A stretch of DNA of 34,045 nt, taken from Patescibacteria group bacterium. Lineage in GTDB: Bacteria; Patescibacteriota; Minisyncoccia; Phycocordibacterales; VMEP01. The stretch spans positions 13,793-47,837 of the forward strand of contig JBBTTL010000035.1 in NCBI GenBank assembly GCA_038064275.1, in the 5' to 3' direction. A model generated the notes under the pieces. That model saw only the letters and a list, made by a program, of their open reading frames with translations. It had not been told where the DNA came from and searched no databases. Of the stretch, positions 25,421-33,510 are shown piece after piece. Each line of letters begins with the position of its first letter. Position 1 is the first letter of the stretch. The translations under genes were made by a program, and so were the position numbers.

Positions 25421-26152
25421 ATGGAAAAACACACGCTGGAAATTAAAAATTTAAATGTTGAAACCGACGGAAAGAGGACGGTAGAGGGCGTAAACCTCAC
25501 CATTCGTTCCAGCGAGATTCATATCTTGATGGGGCCGAACGGTTCCGGCAAGAGCTCGCTTTTGAACGGTCTTTTCGGGCACCCCAGTCACAAATTAAGA
25601 GGCGGCATAATTCTTGACGGCGATGATATTGCCGCGCTCTCAACCGACAAAAAAGCGAAAAAAGGACTTTTTCTTTCTATGCAAAACATTCCGGAAATTT
25701 CAGGCGTTGGCATGCTTAATTTTTTACACCGCGCCTATCGTGAACTTACGGGAACCGAAGGGGTATCAATACTTGATTTCAACAAAGAGGTGGGGGAAAG
25801 GGCGGAGCGTTTCGGCATTTCCAGAGAATTTTTGAAACGTCAGGTGAACTCGGGATTTTCAGGCGGTGAAAAAAAACAGGCGGAGATGCTTCAACTTTTA
25901 GCCCTTCGGCCAAAATTCGCGTTTCTGGACGAGATTGATTCGGGGGTTGATGTTGATTCGCTCCACAAAGTTTTCTCCATCATAGAGGCGCTTAAAAAAG
26001 AGGGCGTAGGATTTCTTTTGATTACGCACTACCCGAATATTTTGAAAAAAATCACGCCTGATTTCGTGCACGTAATGAAAGGGGGCAAAATCGTGAAATC
26101 TGGAGGAGAAGAACTGGCGCGGGAGATAGAAGAGAAAGGATTTGAGAACTAG
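25421..26152 (+). CDS. sufC: Fe-S cluster assembly ATPase SufC
   Basis: 243 aa. Walker A GPNGSGKSS, signature FSGGEKKQAEM, Walker B FAFLDEIDSGVD. Confidence 0.95.
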   Translation: MEKHTLEIKNLNVETDGKRTVEGVNLTIRSSEIHILMGPNGSGKSSLLNGLFGHPSHKLRGGIILDGDDIAALSTDKKAKKGLFLSMQNIPEISGVGMLNFLHRAYRELTGTEGVSILDFNKEVGERAERFGISREFLKRQVNSGFSGGEKKQAEMLQLLALRPKFAFLDEIDSGVDVDSLHKVFSIIEALKKEGVGFLLITHYPNILKKITPDFVHVMKGGKIVKSGGEELAREIEEKGFEN

Positions 26153-26196
26153 CCATTATCTTTTAGCAATTAGCGTTTAGGAAAAATACAAAAAAG

Positions 26197-26487
26197 ATGC
26201 AAGCACCAACCAAAGAACAAATTATTGAAGCCCTGAAAACGGTCAAAGACCCGGAAATCGGGATTGATGTCTGGACGCTTGGGCTTATCTACAAAACTGA
26301 TTCCGGTATTGATGGTATTGATATTTTAATGACCCTGACCAGTCCTTTCTGTCCGTTTGCCGACGAGCTAATTCAGTCTGTAGAAAAAGCCCTTGCCCCT
26401 CTTTCAGGCGGGGAAGTCCGCGTTAATATCACATTTGACCCGCCCTGGGAGCCCTCGGCCGAACTCCGGACGATGCTCGGGGTTTAA
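26197..26487 (+). CDS. DUF59 / SufT-like Fe-S assembly accessory protein
   Basis: 96 aa. VKDPEIGIDVWTLGLIY...LTSPFCPF is the MIP18/DUF59 pattern. Confidence 0.85.
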   Translation: MQAPTKEQIIEALKTVKDPEIGIDVWTLGLIYKTDSGIDGIDILMTLTSPFCPFADELIQSVEKALAPLSGGEVRVNITFDPPWEPSAELRTMLGV

Positions 26488-26498
26488 GTCCGCAGGTT

Positions 26499-26532
26499 TT
26501 CATTCTAACATTCTTGAGAATGTTAGAATGAA
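26499..26532. terminator. Bidirectional hairpin between convergent DUF59 gene and dsbA-like gene
   Basis: Perfect palindrome TTCATTCTAACATTCT-TG-AGAATGTTAGAATGAA. Confidence 0.8.
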
Positions 26533-26593
26533 GAAAAGGAGAAGACCAGCTTTGTGAACACTTAATGTTTAATTTTAATTTTGAACGGAAAAA

Positions 26594-27286
26594 CTACTTG
26601 ATTGATTCAATGGCGCGCTTTACATTGTCATACGACTCCGCGCCGACCAGAAGCGTTTTCTTTCCGGTCTTTATGTTCATCACCACACTTGCCGGCGTTC
26701 CGGTAACGCCAGCTTTAATGCCGTCCTCGTAGTTAGATTCCACCAAGTCTTTATATTTCCCGCTTGAAAGACAAACATTGAATTTTGTCACGTCAAGACC
26801 GACAGTTTCCGCGATTTTTGGAAGTTCCGCCGGATCTAATCCGTCATTAGATGGCGTGAGTTCGAATATTTTATCTAAGTATTGCCAAAACACCGTGTTT
26901 CCGCCAAATTCGTTCGCGCATTCTGTTGCTTCGGCTTCTTTGCGGGCCCTTGAGTGGAGACTATCAATAGGGAAGTGGCGGTAGACCCAAGCAACTTGTC
27001 CCTTATAATCAGCTACTATTTTTTGCATTGTTGGATGGAATTTTTTACAGAAAGGGCATTCGGTGTCGGAAAATTCTATGACGACAATCTTCGCTTGGGG
27101 GTTGCCTAAAAGATGGTCCTTGTCGCTAACCGGACTAACCGCGATTTCTTGCGGGCTGGGTGCTCGGCTACCAGCTGAATCGTCTTTTTTTGTAGTAAAT
27201 TTTCCACTAGTTAGAAATATTGCCACTGCGATAATAATTCCAGCGATAATAATTGCCCCCGGCGTGTTGATCTTGTTTTCCGTCAT
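26594..27286 (-). CDS. Membrane-anchored DsbA-family thiol:disulfide oxidoreductase
   Basis: 230 aa. N-terminal TM helix (AIIIAGIIIAVAIFL) and thioredoxin-fold CPFC active site. Confidence 0.85.
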   Translation of the reverse strand: MTENKINTPGAIIIAGIIIAVAIFLTSGKFTTKKDDSAGSRAPSPQEIAVSPVSDKDHLLGNPQAKIVVIEFSDTECPFCKKFHPTMQKIVADYKGQVAWVYRHFPIDSLHSRARKEAEATECANEFGGNTVFWQYLDKIFELTPSNDGLDPAELPKIAETVGLDVTKFNVCLSSGKYKDLVESNYEDGIKAGVTGTPASVVMNIKTGKKTLLVGAESYDNVKRAIESIK

Positions 27287-27352
27287 GTGTTTTTAGAAAA
27301 TATGAATAATACGGGGAAGTATATCACAAAAAATTTGGTTTGGCTGAAACAC

Positions 27353-27381
27353 TTTACATTTTACATAATTATGCCATAATT
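27353..27381 (+). promoter_or_regulatory. Candidate sigma-70 promoter TTTACA-N16/17-CATAAT(T) for the GGDEF gene
   Basis: Hexamers read directly at 27353-27358 and 27375-27381. Confidence 0.4.
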
Positions 27382-27467
27382 GGTAAAGAGGGAAGGACAA
27401 AATGTTTTGTTATAATCTTCTTATAATCAATCATTTCAGCCAGTTTTTTGACAGGAGGATAAAGAAG

Positions 27468-28301
27468 ATGAAAAAATTTACGGATCCGGTGGTAGAAGGG
27501 AGTAGTACGGCATTTGTGGAAATGAATCGTTCGGGGAAGAAAATCGTGCTAGCCAACGCTATCGCGCGGGCGTTTATGGAAAAAGGCGGGGCTCTTTTTA
27601 GGGATAGCGACATTGCGGAGGCGCAACATTTTACCGCCGTGTGGGCGCTCAAAAAAGACGGCGACTCATTTCTGGTCAAGACGGTGAAATGGAACGGTGG
27701 CGTGTATCGCGCCAACTATAGGCGCAAAGGACAGCGGATAATAATTGAAATATCCGATATCACCGACCTGTACAAAGATGCCCGGCATGACGAGCGCACC
27801 GGACTTCTAAAAGGAGGCTCTTTTAGGGAAATTCTCGCGGACGCTATAGCTCGCGCCAGACGCGGGCAGCACGAGGACAAAGACGAGAAATTGACCGTGG
27901 CTGTGTTTTTCATGGACCTGGATGGGTTTAAAAAAGTAAACGACAGCGCTGGCCACGAGACCGGAGACCTGCTCCTCATTGAAGTTGCCAAAAGGCTTCA
28001 AGAGGTTGCGCGCCGTTCGGGTGATGTCGTGGCGCGCGAAGGGGGAGACGAGTTTATTTTTCTCGCCCAAAGCGTGCGGGACAAGAAAGATGCGTTTCTC
28101 ATTGCCACCAGAATCAAGACGGCAATTGCGAAACCGTTTTGCATTGACCGAAAGAAGTTCCGAGTCGGAATTTCAATCGGTATTGTTCTCGGGCCTAACA
28201 AGAAGGACGATAATCCCGACAGCCTCATCAGGCACGCGGATATCGCCATGTATCATGCAAAACGTTTCGGGGAACCGTGTTTTTACGGCGACGAAGCGTA
28301 G
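27468..28301 (+). CDS. Diguanylate cyclase (GGDEF domain) with small N-terminal sensor-like domain
   Basis: Start at the ATG preceded by AGGAGG (27468). RHDERTGLL, DLDGFKKVND, intact GGDEF, and RSGD five residues upstream (I-site RxxD). Confidence 0.9.
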   Translation: MKKFTDPVVEGSSTAFVEMNRSGKKIVLANAIARAFMEKGGALFRDSDIAEAQHFTAVWALKKDGDSFLVKTVKWNGGVYRANYRRKGQRIIIEISDITDLYKDARHDERTGLLKGGSFREILADAIARARRGQHEDKDEKLTVAVFFMDLDGFKKVNDSAGHETGDLLLIEVAKRLQEVARRSGDVVAREGGDEFIFLAQSVRDKKDAFLIATRIKTAIAKPFCIDRKKFRVGISIGIVLGPNKKDDNPDSLIRHADIAMYHAKRFGEPCFYGDEA

Positions 28302-28316
28302 TAAGATTTCGCATTC

Positions 28317-28347
28317 AAAAGTCCCGGGCGCTGACCCGGGCTTTTTT
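28317..28347. terminator. Bidirectional rho-independent terminator
   Basis: AAAAG-T-CCCGGG-CGCTGA-CCCGGG-CTTTTTTT between convergent stops. Confidence 0.8.
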
Positions 28348-28357
28348 TATGCGTTGC

Positions 28358-28753
28358 TTAGCGAGGCGTCCTTTTGCTCGGAAGAGCCAGATGAAAGAGG
28401 TCTCGGAAGAGCCAGAGAAGGGTAATAAGGGCAACCACGGCCACTATTTGCACCATGGCGCGAGTGTTCAAGAATGCGTAAGAGTAAAACTGGTACACGG
28501 CCGGAATATCGGCAATTGAGGGCATATTTGCAAACACCGCTTTTACGAAAATCAGCTTTGCCTGGATGTATACAAGCCCGAGCAAGACATACGCCTTGAT
28601 GGCAATACGGCCGTACAATTTTTTCATTAAGAAAATTCCGTAAACACGGCGCATGGTTTCTTTTCTGAATAATTGCGTATTTATATCATTCATCCCATTA
28701 GAAGTTAAATTCATATAATCTTGTAGTAGTTTTTTTGTCCGGTTAGAAAACAT
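28358..28753 (-). CDS. Two-TM membrane protein downstream of ECF sigma (possible anti-sigma factor)
   Basis: 131 aa. Two hydrophobic helices. Lies 39 nt after the sigma gene. No HxxxCxxC anti-sigma motif, so the role is inferred from position only. Confidence 0.45.
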   Translation of the reverse strand: MFSNRTKKLLQDYMNLTSNGMNDINTQLFRKETMRRVYGIFLMKKLYGRIAIKAYVLLGLVYIQAKLIFVKAVFANMPSIADIPAVYQFYSYAFLNTRAMVQIVAVVALITLLWLFRDLFHLALPSKRTPR

Positions 28754-28789
28754 ACTCTCGGGCTTAGTGAACTTCTAACGGGACAAGTA
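28693..28789. repeat. TCCCRTTAGAA / TTCTAACGGGA inverted-repeat element, copy 3 (arms 28693-28706, 28735-28748, 28770-28789)
   Basis: The arm AACTTCTAACGGGACAAGTA can pair with either TTGTCCGGTTAGAA (one mismatch) or TCCCATTAGAAGTT. The ATG at 28753 lies between them. Confidence 0.75.
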
Positions 28790-28792
28790 TTT

Positions 28793-29374
28793 TTAAATTA
28801 AACTGAAAGCTATTTTTTTAAATTCTTTTTTGGCGCGATGCACCCGCGTTTTAATGACACCGACTGAAACCCCCTCAAGCTCCGCGATTTCTTTTTGCGG
28901 TTTGCCCTCTATAAAATACATTTTGAGGACATTGCCCAAGATATTAGGCATCCGCGAAAGAATAGAAAGAACGTAATCTACGGTGAATTCTTTGTCGTAA
29001 TCGTTCGTTCTGAAATTCGGCAATAGTTCGGCCAGCTCCTCATCAAGCGGCATTGTATTTTCCCTGTCGCGCTTTTGTTTCTTGTAGTATGAGAAACAGC
29101 TGTTAATCAGAATTTTGTAGGCCCATGATTTAAACGAAGCCCCCGCTTGAACCTTAAACCGTCCGGCGTTGAGATAAATTTTCACGAACGCCTCCTGCAC
29201 CAGGTCTTCGGCGTACTCCTCGCCTACGATTTTTTTGGCCTTGCGGACAAAATCATCGTGGTATCTGTCAAATAGAAGCGAAAAAACCGCCGGGCTTGAA
29301 AGGGACATAGCCAGCACCTCCTCATCTTTTTTTTGCCGAAGTTCTTCTTTTATGTCGCTTTCCCTAAGAATCAT
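28793..29374 (-). CDS. ECF-type RNA polymerase sigma factor (sigma-70 regions 2 and 4)
   Basis: 193 aa. Region 2 LVQEAFVKIYLNAGRF...SFKSWAYKILIN and region 4 KPQKEIAELEGVSVGVIKTRVHRAKKEF. Confidence 0.88.
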   Translation of the reverse strand: MILRESDIKEELRQKKDEEVLAMSLSSPAVFSLLFDRYHDDFVRKAKKIVGEEYAEDLVQEAFVKIYLNAGRFKVQAGASFKSWAYKILINSCFSYYKKQKRDRENTMPLDEELAELLPNFRTNDYDKEFTVDYVLSILSRMPNILGNVLKMYFIEGKPQKEIAELEGVSVGVIKTRVHRAKKEFKKIAFSLI

Positions 29375-29444
29375 AAAGCTAATAATACCGACCTTTCGTG
29401 ACTATTACAACAAGGCAGGAATATGGAAGGTTACTGAATAGGCC

Positions 29445-30080
29445 CTACTTTTTCCACTCGGTGATTTCACCCACCCCTATTTCAATTGGGTCAACGAGGC
29501 GGAGTTTTTTTAAAACCTTAGACGGTGCGATTGGGAAGTGCGGAGCGTCAAACAGAGAGTCGTTTATTTTCCAAAGATCTTTTTCTTCAGTAATCCATTT
29601 AGTTCCGAACCTTTTTAGATTTATCGGCTTAGTATATCCCCTTAGAGTTTTTCTGCCGTTCTCATACATAAAATATTCGTTGAAGTAAGACATACAAAGT
29701 TCGCGGAGAGTTTTATACACCGGGTCGCGATAGCGCATCAATGAATGGTTTGATTTTGAAATCGCGCCCCAGAACCCGTCTTCTTTAAATACTACAATCA
29801 CATGGTCTTCGTCTTTGTCGGTCGCAAAATGAACAACTAGCGGATTTTTACCGTGATACCAAAGCGCAAGACCCGCAAAGAGCGCCCCTTCAATGCAATG
29901 GGCTTTTTTTTCACGCAAAACTTTTCGCGGAGACATACACGTCTCGCCTGCCTGTGCCCCGCCCGCAGACAGGCCGCCTTCTTCAAAATTATTCGGAATC
30001 TTATTTATAAAATCCTGAATTTTTGACGGAGTATTTAATTTTTTGAATACAGAATGTTCTTTTTTTGTAAGAGCCCACAT
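29445..30080 (-). CDS. Hypothetical protein with possible transglutaminase/papain-like Cys-His core
   Basis: 211 aa. KKAHCIEGALFAGLALWYHG...DEDHVIVVFKEDGFWGAISKSN resembles a Cys...His arrangement. Coding status is confident, the fold assignment is weak. Confidence 0.4.
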   Translation of the reverse strand: MWALTKKEHSVFKKLNTPSKIQDFINKIPNNFEEGGLSAGGAQAGETCMSPRKVLREKKAHCIEGALFAGLALWYHGKNPLVVHFATDKDEDHVIVVFKEDGFWGAISKSNHSLMRYRDPVYKTLRELCMSYFNEYFMYENGRKTLRGYTKPINLKRFGTKWITEEKDLWKINDSLFDAPHFPIAPSKVLKKLRLVDPIEIGVGEITEWKK

Positions 30081-30202
30081 AATTCAGTATTTTGCCATAA
30101 AACGGTATTTTTGTCTAAAGACCCGCGCATAGTAGCCCTGGTTTTTTCTTACCTCGTTCCAATAATTATATCAGGAAAATTAATACGCAGATGTTTAGTG
30201 TA

Positions 30203-30240
30203 ATTTGTTTTAAGGAAGCGGTCGCTTCCTTAAAACAAAT
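30203..30240 (-). terminator. Hairpin terminator abutting the nrdG stop codon
   Basis: Perfect palindrome ATTTGTTTTAAGGAAGCG-GT-CGCTTCCTTAAAACAAAT. Confidence 0.75.
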
Positions 30241-30935
30241 TAGCGAGAATCAATGGCAAGTTGGGGGAAGCTGGCGCGCAGTTGCCCGACAAGCGCGCCG
30301 GTATCAATTTTTTTAGTTTTATCCAAATTGCGGTCAAGATTATTTATATAACTTATCTGTTGAATGAAATATTTTTCACCGGGCCTGAAATATCCGGCAA
30401 TTTCCATAAAATCAGGCGCGGTGTGCACGCCGGGAAGCACGGTAGTTCTCCATTCGTGGGCAACGCCCGAGTTTCTGATTAAATCAAACGTTTCTCTCAC
30501 GCGCGAAAGTATGGGCTCCTTTTCTTTTGCCACATTGGCGATACTTTGGTACTTATCCCAGGTGTGTTTTATATCCATGGCAAAATAATCAACAAGTTTT
30601 TTATCAATCAATCCCCTGACCATTTCCGGAGTAATGCCGTTGGTGTCCAGCTTTACCAAAAAGCCCATATTTTTTATTTTCTCTATGAATTCCGGAAGGT
30701 CTTTATGGAGAGTCGGTTCTCCGCCGGTGATACAGACCCCCTCTATAAATCCTCGGCGTTTATTGAGGTGCTTCCACAATTCCTTTTCGTCAATGCCGCC
30801 TTTGTCTTTATATACAACCAGTTCCGGATTATGGCAGTAGGGACAGCGAAAAAGGCACCCTTTAGTAAAGACTATCGAGGCGATGTGTCCCGGAAAATCA
30901 ATAAGCGAAAGTTTTTGAAATCCGCCGATAATCAT
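30240..30935 (-). CDS. nrdG: Anaerobic ribonucleotide reductase activating protein (radical SAM)
   Basis: 231 aa. CLFRCPYCHN CX3CX2C cluster and GVCITGGEP. Start overlaps the nrdD stop by 4 nt. Confidence 0.93.
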   Translation of the reverse strand: MIIGGFQKLSLIDFPGHIASIVFTKGCLFRCPYCHNPELVVYKDKGGIDEKELWKHLNKRRGFIEGVCITGGEPTLHKDLPEFIEKIKNMGFLVKLDTNGITPEMVRGLIDKKLVDYFAMDIKHTWDKYQSIANVAKEKEPILSRVRETFDLIRNSGVAHEWRTTVLPGVHTAPDFMEIAGYFRPGEKYFIQQISYINNLDRNLDKTKKIDTGALVGQLRASFPQLAIDSR

Positions 30936-33061
30936 AGTGTCGCGGAAACTACGTCCGCGGCTTTCTTCTCATTATCTTTTTTTAAACTGTTTTCGCCGGG
31001 CTCAACCATATATTCCACGCGCTCGGCGTATTCGCTTTTTTTGCCCCTATTCCATTCAACTACGGGCCTGAAATAACCGACTATGCGCGACCATACTTCA
31101 CATTCCGTCCCGCACTGCCCGCAATGTTTTGTTTCTCCCGATATATATCCGTGCGAAGGACAAATAGAAAAAGTCGGAGTGATTGTAAAGTAGGGCAGTT
31201 TATAGCCCATAGCCACCTTGCGCACGAAGGCCCGGCAAGCCTCCCAGTCGCGAACTCGTTCGCCCAAAAATAAATGGAGCACCGTTCCGCCGGTATATTT
31301 TGTCTGCAGTTCGTCCTGATGGTCCAAGGCCAAAAGCGGGTCATCAGTATAGCCGACGGGCAGATGGGATGAGTTGGTATAGTAGGGGGCGCTCGGAATT
31401 CCTTTCTGAATAATGCCGGGGTAACGTTTAGCGTCTTCTTTGGCGAAGCGATAAGTGGTCCCTTCAGCCGGCGTTGCCTCCAGATTATAAAGATTTCCGG
31501 TTTCTTCCTGATAGTCGGCCAGTTTCTTGCGAATGAAATCCAAAATTTCAAGTCCGAATGTTTTGCCTTCTTGGCTTGCGATGTCTTTGCCCAAAAAGTT
31601 TTGGCAGGCCTCGCTCATTCCGTTTACTCCGATAGTGGCGAAATGATTATGAAGTGTTGAGAGATAACGTTTGGTGAAAGGCAGAAGCCCCCTTTCAATA
31701 TTTTCGGCCACAACCTTGCGCTTCACTTCCAGAGATTCTTTGGCGGCGTCCATTATGTTTAGAAGCCGCTCAAAAAATTCTTTCTTAGTTTTTGACACAA
31801 AGCCCAAGCGGGGAAGATTTATGGTGACTACTCCGATACTGCCGGTCATTTCAGCCGAGCCGAAAAGCCCTCCGCCGCGCTTCCTAAGCTCGCGCAAATC
31901 AAGCTGGAGCCGGCAACACATACTGCGGACATCGCTTGGGTTCAGGTCGGAATTCAGGAAATTTTGAAAATACGGCGTGCCGAACTTGGCCGTCATTTCA
32001 AAAAGGGCCCTGGCATTCTCATTGTCCCAGTTGAAATCTTTGGTGATATTGTAGGTGGGAATTGGGAAAGTGAAAATTCTTCCGTGATAATCGCCCTCAG
32101 TCATAACATCAATAAAAGCTTTATTTATAATGTCCATTTCCTTCTGGCACTCTCCGTAAGTAAAGGGCATGGTAACGCCCCCGATTTCCGGTTTTTTCTC
32201 CCGCATGTCTTCGGGGCAGACCCAATCAAGGGTGATGTTGGTAAACGGTGTTTGGGTGCCCCAGCGCGAAGGCACATTTAAGTTGAATACAAATTGCTGA
32301 ACTGACTGCTTTACTTCCTTGTATGAAAGATTATCTTTTTTGACGAACGGGGCGATGTAGGTATCAAACGACGAGAACGCCTGCGCTCCGGCCCATTCAT
32401 TCTGAAGCGTTCCCAGAAAGTTCACCATTTGGGCCACGGCGGTTTCCAGATGTTTCGGCGGAGCCGATTCCACTTTGCCCGGCACGCCGTTGAAACCTTC
32501 TTCAAGAAGCTGGCGCAAACTCCAGCCGGCGCAATAGCCGGAGAACATATCAAGGTCGTGAATATGCATGTCGCCCTCTACGTGGGCGTTGCGGACGCGC
32601 TCACTGTAAATTGAGTTTAACCAGTAATTAGCAATGAGTTTGCCGGAAGCGTTAAGGATAAGACCGCCCAAAGAATATCCCTGATTGGCGTTGGCGTTGA
32701 CCCGCCAGTCGTCGCGGTCTATATATTCTTTCATTGTTTTGTGTACATCAACGAAAGCAGTTTTGGTGGCGCGGGCTTGGCGTCTTTTTTCGCGATAGAG
32801 AATATAAGCTTTGGCTGTTTTGAAATATCCATCACCCATCAGTGAACGTTCAACAATATCCTGAATTTCTTCAATGGAGATAGTATTGTCTTTTTTGTTT
32901 GAACTCTCAATGTAGTGAACGACGAGGTCGGTAATTTTTTTGGTTTCTGGCCGGCCGAATTCTTTAGTGGCTTCGGCCGCTTTATGAATGGCGCTGAATA
33001 TTTTCTCGCCCTCAAAGCGCATCAATCTCCCGTCTCTTTTTTGCACAAATATCTGCTCCAT
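30932..33061 (-). CDS. nrdD: Anaerobic (class III) ribonucleoside-triphosphate reductase
   Basis: 709 aa. N-terminal ATP-cone (VQKRDGRLMRFEGEKIFSAI), C-terminal Cys cluster CPSHG...CGQCG and glycyl-radical motif SRIVGYFRP. Confidence 0.96.
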   Translation of the reverse strand: MEQIFVQKRDGRLMRFEGEKIFSAIHKAAEATKEFGRPETKKITDLVVHYIESSNKKDNTISIEEIQDIVERSLMGDGYFKTAKAYILYREKRRQARATKTAFVDVHKTMKEYIDRDDWRVNANANQGYSLGGLILNASGKLIANYWLNSIYSERVRNAHVEGDMHIHDLDMFSGYCAGWSLRQLLEEGFNGVPGKVESAPPKHLETAVAQMVNFLGTLQNEWAGAQAFSSFDTYIAPFVKKDNLSYKEVKQSVQQFVFNLNVPSRWGTQTPFTNITLDWVCPEDMREKKPEIGGVTMPFTYGECQKEMDIINKAFIDVMTEGDYHGRIFTFPIPTYNITKDFNWDNENARALFEMTAKFGTPYFQNFLNSDLNPSDVRSMCCRLQLDLRELRKRGGGLFGSAEMTGSIGVVTINLPRLGFVSKTKKEFFERLLNIMDAAKESLEVKRKVVAENIERGLLPFTKRYLSTLHNHFATIGVNGMSEACQNFLGKDIASQEGKTFGLEILDFIRKKLADYQEETGNLYNLEATPAEGTTYRFAKEDAKRYPGIIQKGIPSAPYYTNSSHLPVGYTDDPLLALDHQDELQTKYTGGTVLHLFLGERVRDWEACRAFVRKVAMGYKLPYFTITPTFSICPSHGYISGETKHCGQCGTECEVWSRIVGYFRPVVEWNRGKKSEYAERVEYMVEPGENSLKKDNEKKAADVVSATL

Positions 33062-33103
33062 ATTTTTTAAAAGTTATTTATTGATAATATTTCTTACAAA
33101 AAT

Positions 33104-33127
33104 TAAAAAATCCCACCTTGTGGCGGG
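33104..33127 (-). terminator. Rho-independent terminator after the Com-like gene
   Basis: Minus strand reads CCCGCC-ACAA-GGTGGG (one G-U) followed by ATTTTTT. Confidence 0.65.
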
Positions 33128-33179
33128 TTTCTAAGAACCTCTAATGTTTCCCTTTCTTATTTTTCCTGCTTGTCTACTG

Positions 33180-33398
33180 TTAAGCACCCGCGGCGGTCTC
33201 TTTGATATACACTCTGTGCGGACAGGGGACTTTAAAGCAGACGTACTTGTTTGCCGGAATCCCTTTAATAATCCTAATTTCGCCGCACCTTTTGCATTTC
33301 ACCTCAATCTCACTGTCAACAAGTATGCCTTTGAAGAATAACTTGGAGCAGTTTTTGCAACGGTACTCATTATAGAGATTTTGCTTGACTGAAGGCAT
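33180..33398 (-). CDS. Com-like zinc-ribbon protein
   Basis: 72 aa. YRCKNCSKLFFKG...IEVKCKRCGEIRII (CxxC-N18-CxxC) resembles the phage Mu Com family as I remember it. Confidence 0.6.
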   Translation of the reverse strand: MPSVKQNLYNEYRCKNCSKLFFKGILVDSEIEVKCKRCGEIRIIKGIPANKYVCFKVPCPHRVYIKETAAGA

Positions 33399-33510
33399 CG
33401 CTTATTAATATTATATCTCGCTTCTAAAAAAATGTTATCCACATAGGAAGGCCGAAATATGGCTTGTTTTAAGCATATTTTTGAGCGGAAAAGAAACACC
33501 CCGTGTTCTT

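Noticed and set aside
26499-26532. The terminator palindrome contains TTCTAAC/GTTAGAA, reminiscent of the TTCTAACGGGA family.
   Set aside because: It shares only 7 nt and lacks the GGGA/TCCC part. Treated as coincidence.
27402-27467. Upstream ATG extension of the GGDEF ORF. Similar N-terminal extensions occur at 33952-34014 (VKOR), 7562-7621 (coiled-coil ORF) and 6153-6161 (KH).
   Set aside because: Internal starts fit better: AGGAGG precedes 27468, MAKKILLV begins the VKOR TM helix and overlaps the upstream gene's stop, and MKKLKK/MEKDKE match typical N-termini.
27979-28519. Plus-strand ORFs 27979-28425 (148 aa) and 28277-28519 (80 aa).
   Set aside because: They overlap the GGDEF gene out of frame, cross the bidirectional terminator and lie antisense to the membrane-protein gene. 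Their Arg/Ser-rich composition is typical of a shadow frame.
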